Part shown: piece after piece, positions 45,474 to 51,649 of the stretch
Numbering within the stretch: the first letter of the stretch is position 1
How the letters are laid out: each line of letters begins with the position of its first letter
Origin: an uncultured Gammaproteobacteria bacterium
GTDB lineage: Bacteria; Patescibacteriota; Patescibacteriia; Patescibacteriales; GWC2-42-12
Direction of reading: 5' to 3'
Length of the DNA: 51,649 bases
Assembly (NCBI GenBank): GCA_964467155.1
Contig: CAYXNZ010000003.1
Coordinates: 1 to 51,649 of the forward strand
The notes under the pieces: model-generated
Told to the model about the DNA's origin: nothing
Databases searched by the model: none
What the model saw: the letters and a program-made list of their open reading frames with translations, nothing else
Made by a program: the position numbers and the translations under genes

Positions 45474-47258
45474 ATGGAAAAAATACGTAATTTTTGTATT
45501 ATTGCTCATATTGACCACGGCAAGTCAACTTTGGCTGATAGAATGCTGGAAATTACTGGTACAGTTGAAAAAAGAAAAATGAAAGAACAAATCCTTGACC
45601 AGATGGATTTAGAAAGAGAAAGAGGAATTACTATCAAGCTACAGCCAGTTTGCATGGAATACAATGGATATAAATTAAATTTGATTGACACACCTGGTCA
45701 TGTTGATTTTGGTTATGAAGTTTCAAGAAGTTTAGCTGCAGTTGAAGGGGCAGTCATCCTGGTTGACGCTACTCAAGGAATACAAGCACAAACTTTAGCT
45801 AATTTGTATTTAGCCTTAGAACAAAATCTTTTTATTATTCCAGTGATTAATAAAATTGATTTACCAGCTGCGCAAGTCGATCAAACTAAGAAAGAAATAG
45901 TGAAATTATTAGGTTGTCAGACAGCAGATATAATTTGTTCTTCAGCTAAAACAGGACAAGGCGTAGAAGAAATTTTAGAATTAATTGTAAAAAAAATACC
46001 TGCTCCGGTACAAAAAGAAAATATCAGTCATCTTAAAGCTTTGATTTTTGATTCAAATTATGATGAATACCGAGGTGTGGTCGCTTACATTAGAGTCTTC
46101 AATGGTAGTATCAAAAAAGGAGAAAAAATAGCTTTAGTGGCGACTGGTGCAAAAAGTGAAGCATTAGACGTTGGGGTATTTAAACCAGAATATAAATCTA
46201 CCGGAGAATTATCTACAGGAGAGATCGGCTATTTGATAACTGGTTTTAAGGAAGTCGGTGAATGTCGAGTTGGTGACACAATTACTTTAGATAAATTCTC
46301 TAAAGAAGTAAAACCACTGAAAGGATACGCTGAAGTAAAACCAATGGTCTTTGCTGGTATTTTTCCTCACGAAGGTAATGAATTTGAAGAATTGAGGGAG
46401 GCTATTTCTAAATTAAAATTAAATGATGCATCCTTATCTTATGAACCAGAACAATCAGAGGCGTTAGGTTTTGGTTTTCGTTGTGGTTTTTTAGGTCTTT
46501 TACATTTGGAAATATTTCAAGAGCGTTTAAGAAGAGAGTATGGCTTGGACTTAATAGTAACTGTTCCAAGTGTTGCCTATCAGGTTTTGAAAAAAAATAA
46601 AGAAGAAATAATTATTCGTAGCCCTCAAAAATTACCTGATGTAACTGAAATAGAAAAAATAGAAGAACCATGGGTTAAGCTTGATATTATTACACCAAAA
46701 GATTATTTAGGTGCAGTTATGAGTTTGGTTCAAGACAGAAGAGGTATATATAAAAATACTGAATTTTTAGACGAACATCGGGCAATTTTACATTATGAGA
46801 TTCCAATGGTAGCGATTTTAACTGATTTTTATGATAAGATAAAAAGTGTTAGTTCTGGGTATGCTTCAATTAATTATGAGTATTATGATTATCGACCAGC
46901 TGACGTGATAAAGTTAGATATTTTAGTGGCCGAAGATATTGTTGAAGCTTTGGCGACTATTGTTTATCGAAATGAAGCTTTTCGTCGTGGTAAAGAGATT
47001 GTCAAAACATTAAAAGACACCCTACCCAAACAAATGTTTGTTTTAAAGTTACAAGCAGCTATTGGCGGAAAAATAATCGCAGCTGAACGTTTATCAGCTA
47101 TGCGTAAGGACGTTACAGCGAAACTGTATGGTGGGGATGTGTCAAGAAAAAGAAAATTATTAGAAAAACAGAAAAAAGGTAAGAAAAAAATGATGGCTGC
47201 AGGCAAAGGTAGTGTTGATATTCCAGCGGATACTTTTATCAAGATTTTAAAAAAATAA
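45474..47258 (+). CDS. lepA: Elongation factor 4
   Basis: AHIDHGKSTLADR, RERGITIK, GFRCGFLGLLH, RKDVTAKLYGGD.SRK.KLLEKQK.GK. Confidence 0.97.
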   Translation: MEKIRNFCIIAHIDHGKSTLADRMLEITGTVEKRKMKEQILDQMDLERERGITIKLQPVCMEYNGYKLNLIDTPGHVDFGYEVSRSLAAVEGAVILVDATQGIQAQTLANLYLALEQNLFIIPVINKIDLPAAQVDQTKKEIVKLLGCQTADIICSSAKTGQGVEEILELIVKKIPAPVQKENISHLKALIFDSNYDEYRGVVAYIRVFNGSIKKGEKIALVATGAKSEALDVGVFKPEYKSTGELSTGEIGYLITGFKEVGECRVGDTITLDKFSKEVKPLKGYAEVKPMVFAGIFPHEGNEFEELREAISKLKLNDASLSYEPEQSEALGFGFRCGFLGLLHLEIFQERLRREYGLDLIVTVPSVAYQVLKKNKEEIIIRSPQKLPDVTEIEKIEEPWVKLDIITPKDYLGAVMSLVQDRRGIYKNTEFLDEHRAILHYEIPMVAILTDFYDKIKSVSSGYASINYEYYDYRPADVIKLDILVAEDIVEALATIVYRNEAFRRGKEIVKTLKDTLPKQMFVLKLQAAIGGKIIAAERLSAMRKDVTAKLYGGDVSRKRKLLEKQKKGKKKMMAAGKGSVDIPADTFIKILKK

Positions 47259-47410
47259 TATTAAACTTTTTTATTAAAGAATTATTTATGAAGAAAAAAA
47301 CAATCCAGAGAATTGTTTGGTTATTTATTTCAATTATGGTAATTTTTTCCATGGTTTTGTGGAGCGTCGGTATAGCTTTTATGTAAATCGCGGAATAAAT
47401 TAATTAAACT

Positions 47411-49132
47411 ATGGAATATAAGTGGCAACTTTTGCCCCCGATTGAAAAAAAAACATTCAAGAATCCAGCTGATTATAATCAGATTATTTTACAATTATTA
47501 TATAATCGTGGAATTCTCATTAAAGAGGAAATTGATAAATTTTTACATCCTGAATATGAGCGTGACATTTTAGATTCATGTTTGTTTAAAGACATGACGG
47601 AAGCGATTAAGTTAATAATCGGACATATAAAAAAAGGAAATCGAATTGTAATTTATGGTGATTATGATGCTGACGGCGTGACAGCTTCGGCGTTATTAGT
47701 GGAGGTTTTATCTACTTTTAAAGCTAAAACAGACGTTTATATACCAGAAAGAGTTAGCGAGGGTTATGGTTTGAATAAAAAAGCCATTAATGAAATTAAA
47801 AATTCAGGAGCAAAAATGATTATAACGGTTGATACTGGTATTCGTAATAAAGAAGAGGTTGCTTATTTAAAAAGTGAAGGTTTAGATATTGTAATTACTG
47901 ATCATCATGAACCGTCTGAAAGTAAAGACGATTTACCTGATTGTCTAATTATTGATGCGAAAGTTGATAATTATCCGAGTAAAGATTTAGCTGGTGTTGG
48001 AGTTGCTTTTAAATTAGCCCAAGCACTTATAAAAAAGGCTAAATTAACTAAGCAGCAAAAAGAAATATTAGAAAAAAGATGTTTGGATTTAGTGGCGGTT
48101 GGTACGATTGCTGATTGTGTTAAGTTAATTGGAGAAAATAGAATTTTAACCAAAGTTGGATTAGAAATAATAAATAAAAAAACAAGAAAAGGCTTAAAAG
48201 AATTGATTAACATAGCTCAAGGCAAGAACATTAGAGAATTGAGCGCTTGGAATGTGTCTTGGCAAATAGCACCTCGATTAAATGCAGCTGGTCGATTAGC
48301 ACATGCTAATACTGCTTTTGAATTGTTGATTACAAAAAGTAGAACAGAAGCTAAAAAGATTGCTGAAGAATTGAATCAAAAAAATATTGATAGGCAAAAA
48401 ATAACCGGTGATATTATTGAAGCTTGTCAAAAAGAGGTTGATAAGAATATGATTGATGACAAAATGTTAGTTTTGTTATCGCCCAGTGTCAAGAATAAAG
48501 GCGGAAATAAATGGTCAGAAGGTGTGGTTGGTTTGGTGGCCGGAAAATTAACTGAACAATATGGTAGACCAACCATAGTTATAACTGGTCAAGGGGATGA
48601 AATCAGAGGTTCAGGTAGAAGTATCGAAGGTTTTGATATAACTCAAGTGCTTGAAAAACACAAGAAATTTTTAGATAAATTTGGTGGACACAAGGGTGCT
48701 TGCGGTTTTTCGTTAAAGAGTCAGCAAGATTTAGATGGTTTTGTCGACGGAATCAAAAAATATACATATAAAAAATTAGCTAATTTTAGATTAGAACGAA
48801 AACTTATTGTTGAAGCTGAATTGGATTTATCAACAGTCAAGGATGACTTAATTGAACAGCTTTTATTATTTGAACCTCATGGCGAGGGCAATAATCGACC
48901 AAAATTTGTTAGTCGAAATTTAACTATTATGGATAAAGTTGAAATGGGTGCAGAAAATCAACATGTGAAGTTTCGATTTAACGGTTTTTGGGGATTGGCT
49001 TTTAGTCAAGCAGATAATTGGAAAAAATTTAAAATTGGTGATCGAGTTGATATCGCATATTATTTAGAATTTAACGAATTTAATGGTAATAGAAAAATTC
49101 AGCTTAAATTAATTGATATAAAACATAAATAA
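47411..49132 (+). CDS. recJ: ssDNA exonuclease RecJ
   Basis: YGDYDADG, ITVDTG, TDHH, LAGVGVAF, GTIAD, PRLNAAGR, GSGRS, GGH..ACG. Confidence 0.95.
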   Translation: MEYKWQLLPPIEKKTFKNPADYNQIILQLLYNRGILIKEEIDKFLHPEYERDILDSCLFKDMTEAIKLIIGHIKKGNRIVIYGDYDADGVTASALLVEVLSTFKAKTDVYIPERVSEGYGLNKKAINEIKNSGAKMIITVDTGIRNKEEVAYLKSEGLDIVITDHHEPSESKDDLPDCLIIDAKVDNYPSKDLAGVGVAFKLAQALIKKAKLTKQQKEILEKRCLDLVAVGTIADCVKLIGENRILTKVGLEIINKKTRKGLKELINIAQGKNIRELSAWNVSWQIAPRLNAAGRLAHANTAFELLITKSRTEAKKIAEELNQKNIDRQKITGDIIEACQKEVDKNMIDDKMLVLLSPSVKNKGGNKWSEGVVGLVAGKLTEQYGRPTIVITGQGDEIRGSGRSIEGFDITQVLEKHKKFLDKFGGHKGACGFSLKSQQDLDGFVDGIKKYTYKKLANFRLERKLIVEAELDLSTVKDDLIEQLLLFEPHGEGNNRPKFVSRNLTIMDKVEMGAENQHVKFRFNGFWGLAFSQADNWKKFKIGDRVDIAYYLEFNEFNGNRKIQLKLIDIKHK

Positions 49133-49540
49133 ATGAAAAAATTAATTATTTATACTGACGGAGGTGCTCGCGGTAATCCTGGTCCATCTGGGATTGGCGC
49201 TGTTTTGTTAGATGAAAACAGGGGAGTCGTTAAAGAATTATCTAGATATATTGGGAAAGCGACTAATAATCAGGCTGAATATCAGGCTTTGATTATGGCA
49301 CTTGATGAAGCAAAAAAAATAGGCGTAAAAGAAGTAGATGTATTTATGGATAGTGAACTCATTGTTAAACAAATAAATAGAGAATATAAGGTAAAAAATA
49401 AAGATTTAGCACCGTTATTTATTAAAGTCTACAATTTAACTTTAAATTTTTCTAAAGTAAATTTTACGCATGTACGAAGAGAACAGAATAAACGGGCAGA
49501 TGAGCTTGTTAATTTAGCAATTGATAAAGCTTTAGGATAA
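49133..49540 (+). CDS. rnhA: Ribonuclease HI family protein
   Basis: YTDGGARGNPG, ATNNQAEY, MDSEL...Q, HVRREQNKRAD. Confidence 0.9.
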   Translation: MKKLIIYTDGGARGNPGPSGIGAVLLDENRGVVKELSRYIGKATNNQAEYQALIMALDEAKKIGVKEVDVFMDSELIVKQINREYKVKNKDLAPLFIKVYNLTLNFSKVNFTHVRREQNKRADELVNLAIDKALG

Positions 49541-49543
49541 TTG

Positions 49544-49599
49544 GGACGCATAGCTTCCGCCTTCTCCGCCAGCCGGCGGATACGGCGAGACAAGCCAGT
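49544..49599 (+). pseudogene. tRNA-Val 5' fragment 1 (GGACGCATAGCT^CAGT) with a 40-nt nested palindromic insertion
   Basis: Identical to the first 16 nt of the intact tRNA-Val once 49556-49595 is removed. Confidence 0.7.
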
Positions 49600-49654
49600 C
49601 TTAATTAGTATTTTAGTCAGATAAACCCGTTGTTTTAAAGAAATAAATAACACT

Positions 49655-49748
49655 TTCTGTCATTCCTGGCGAGCGATTTTATCCTTTTGTCATTCATGGC
49701 GAGTGATTTTATCCCCCCCCCATGTCATTTCCGTGTAGGCGGGAATCT
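49655..49748. repeat. GTCATTCC...GGGAATCT REP-family cluster with duplicated left-arm units
   Basis: TGTCATTC(C/A)TGGCGAG(C/T)GATTTTATCC twice, then GTCATTTCCGTGTAGGCGGGAATCT. Confidence 0.7.
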
Positions 49749-49767
49749 ATTTTTAAAATCCAATTTG

Positions 49768-49863
49768 GGACGCATAGCTCCCACCCATTTTTTTTACAAA
49801 TGGTCGGGCAGGCAGTTGGTTACCCGCCCGACCGAATGACTTCGGTTGTTCGGGCGGGGAGCG
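49768..49863 (+). pseudogene. tRNA-Val 5' fragment 2 (first 27 nt) with two palindromic insertions flanking the D-loop
   Basis: GGACGCATAGCT [49780-49812] CAGTTGGTTA [49823-49858] GAGCG; joined, it is identical to the intact tRNA-Val 5' end. Confidence 0.85.
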
Positions 49864-49931
49864 ACTTTTTCTTCTGTTATTCCCTGTGAGCGATAGCGAG
49901 GGAAGGGAATCTATTTTTAAAATCTAGTTTG

Positions 49932-50005
49932 GGACGCATAGCTCAGTTGGTTAGAGCGCATGATTCACATTCATGAGGTCGAAGGTTCAAATCCCTCTGC
50001 GTCCA
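49932..50005 (+). tRNA. tRNA-Val(CAC), no encoded CCA
   Basis: GGACGCA/TGCGTCC, GCTC/GAGC, CATGA/TCATG, loop TTCACAT, T-arm GAAGG/CCCTC (one mismatch), TTCAAAT. Confidence 0.92.
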
Positions 50006-50007
50006 CT

Positions 50008-50637
50008 ATGAAAAGAAGAGTAGAAGAAATCATAATATTTTCATTTATTGCAGTTTTATTTATCCTGTCATCTTATTTGGCGCATGTTTATAGTGCGGAG
50101 TTGAGTAGTTTACCGTTACTTAATAGTCAAGCAGGTCATCTGGCGTATGTTTTAATCATGGCAGGTGCGGTTATTATAGCGCCGGCAGAGACATTGCCTC
50201 TTTTGCCAATTGCTGTTTCTATCTGGGGAGCGAATTTAGCGGCTATACTAACAATTCTTGGTTGGGTTGTTGGTTCAATGGTAGCTTTTTTTATTGCCAG
50301 AAAGTTTGGTAGAAAAATTGTACATCGTTTTGTAAAAAAATATGATATAGATGAATTAAAAGAAGCTTTGCCTAAAAAGAATTTATTTTGGGCAGTTGCC
50401 TTTGCGCGTATTTTTTTACCAGTTGATATAGTCAGCTATGCGGTTGCTTTATTTACCAGTATGCATTGGCTTGTTTATTTAACAGCGACATTGTTGGGAA
50501 CTTCAGTTTTTGCTTTTTTGTTTGCCTATGGCGCGGAATTACCAATGTATTTACAAGTAGTTGCTGGTATTATAATTATAATTTTTATTATTTTTGAATA
50601 TCGTAATATAAGAAAGCGTTTAAAAGAATTATTTTAA
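50008..50637 (+). CDS. VTT/DedA (SNARE-associated) membrane protein; start moved to ATG 50008 because the ORF-track start lies inside tRNA-Val
   Basis: LTILGWVVGSMVAFFIARKFGR, ARIFLP.DIVSY..AL, Y..ATLLG. Confidence 0.8.
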   Translation: MKRRVEEIIIFSFIAVLFILSSYLAHVYSAELSSLPLLNSQAGHLAYVLIMAGAVIIAPAETLPLLPIAVSIWGANLAAILTILGWVVGSMVAFFIARKFGRKIVHRFVKKYDIDELKEALPKKNLFWAVAFARIFLPVDIVSYAVALFTSMHWLVYLTATLLGTSVFAFLFAYGAELPMYLQVVAGIIIIIFIIFEYRNIRKRLKELF

Positions 50638-50662
50638 TTTTATAGTTTTTTTTGTAAATTTT

Positions 50663-50696
50663 AAGCCCCCTACCAGTATGTTGGTAAGGGGCTTTT
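50663..50696. terminator. Bidirectional terminator between convergent genes
   Basis: AAGCCCC(C)TACCA-GTATGT-TGGTA(A)GGGGCTTTT. Confidence 0.75.
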
Positions 50697-50701
50697 GCAT
50701 C

Positions 50702-51061
50702 TCATATTTTGGTTATCTGTTCCAGAATATGGATGATAACCTTTTTTCCCTATTCTCCCCAAAAGAGGTAATGAGCGGAGTTGTAAACATAAAAGTGCTT
50801 ACTATTTACCTTGTACATTTCTTTCATTTGAATGAGGTCTTTCAGGGGTATAAGAAGATCTTTTGTTCCGCCAGCAATAGAAATGGAGGAATCAATTGTT
50901 GATGGAGGGATATCGGGCGGGTTATAGCCCAATTCCCAAATTACTCGGCTAGATTCCTAAACCAATGCGTCATAATCATCTACCTCAACGAGAGGAGAGA
51001 AAAAAACCGATGCCATATTAAATATACCAGGAAACAAAAAAACAATAATTTTCTTTTTCAT
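50702..51061 (-). pseudogene. Degraded alpha/beta-hydrolase-like gene with two in-frame TAG codons and a probable internal deletion
   Basis: ATG 51061 after a purine-rich RBS; MKKKIIVFLFPGIFN...ALV*ESSR...IAGGTKDLLIP...NSAHYLFWGE*GKKVIIHILEQITKI(TGA 50702-50704), ending at the terminator. Confidence 0.5.
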
Positions 51062-51212
51062 CTCTTTCTCCTCTCTCCGTCTGTTTTTTTGAATGTACGT
51101 TTAACCCTTATTTATAACAAAATAGTGGTTTTCGTCAAGTTTGATTTAATTGTAGTAATATGTTATATTAGTTGAACATTTGTTTTATTGACAAAAAAAG
51201 CTTTAATTTCAG

Positions 51213-51619
51213 TAATATCAAGGTAAGCGGACGATTACCCCGCCGAATCGGCGGGGAGGAAAGTCCGGACTCCTGCCACGCTTTTTGTGTGGTGTCATGG
51301 CAGTGGGTAACGCCCACCAAGAGTAATTTTAGGGAAAGTGCCACAGAGACAATACTAGTCCCGAGTTCTCGGGATGAAAGGTGAAAAGTTATACAGTGTT
51401 TATGTTGCGAATGGATATCCACGCAACTTAGGCTACGTATATTTTACGCTGGTGACAGCGATAGATGGTAAACCCTGCCTGGAGCAAGAGCAAACCTTTG
51501 AGTAACCAAAGATGAAAAGTGGCTCGCTTGATCCCGAGAGCAATTTCGGGACTAGATAGATAATCGTCATTCCAAGCAATTGGAATACAAAATCCGGCTT
51601 ATAACTTGCCTTGATATTA
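51213..51619 (+). ncRNA. rnpB: RNase P RNA
   Basis: GAGGAAAGTCCGGAC, GGAAAGTGCCACAGA, GGTAAACCC..CTGGAGCAAG, ACAAAATCCGGCTTAT; P1 helix 51213-51227/51605-51619. Ends approximate. Confidence 0.95.
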
Positions 51620-51649
51620 TTGAATTTAAAGATTGTCAGCTTGATTAAT

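Noticed and set aside
49960-50007. N-terminal extension of the VTT protein from the ORF track
   Set aside because: It lies inside tRNA-Val; ATG 50008 is the plausible start.
51168-51422. ORFs 51168-51422 (-) and 51172-51384 (+)
   Set aside because: They overlap RNase P RNA.

Overview
AT-rich bacterial chromosome segment in genetic code 11 (TAA, TAG and TGA all end conserved genes). It is most consistent with a Patescibacteria/CPR (Parcubacteria-like) genome; this is inferred from gene content, scarce Shine-Dalgarno sites and the repeat families, not from a database search. Contents: two O-antigen-ligase/TPR paralogs around a large surface protein and a REP-associated tyrosine transposase (RAYT); an operon of a short NuoF/HydB-like flavin subunit, a group A [FeFe]-hydrogenase, a TM1266-like regulator and an ECF-S-like membrane protein; cca; a MazG-like + DUF2075 helicase pair; dinD; housekeeping and fermentation genes (typA, greA, uppS, rarA, malic enzyme, queH, pilT, pgk, eno, two gpmI, ackA, murJ, lepA, recJ, rnhA); three intact tRNAs (Ala-CGC, Pro-CGG, Val-CAC); and RNase P RNA. 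The most striking signal is at the tRNA loci. One complete tRNA-Ala(CGC) sits inside a palindromic insertion at position 37/38 of a second, different, fully base-paired tRNA-Ala(CGC). The Pro and Val tRNAs are preceded by orphan 5' fragments of themselves, each interrupted by short palindromic elements, and the TAGCT^CAG D-arm site was hit three times in the window. Similar palindromes occur in frame in proteins (RAYT, CCA enzyme, an HTH protein). Two unannotated structured RNAs with their own sigma70-type promoters were also found: a 6S-like rod and an attenuator-like RNA upstream of typA. All family assignments come from motif recognition by eye.
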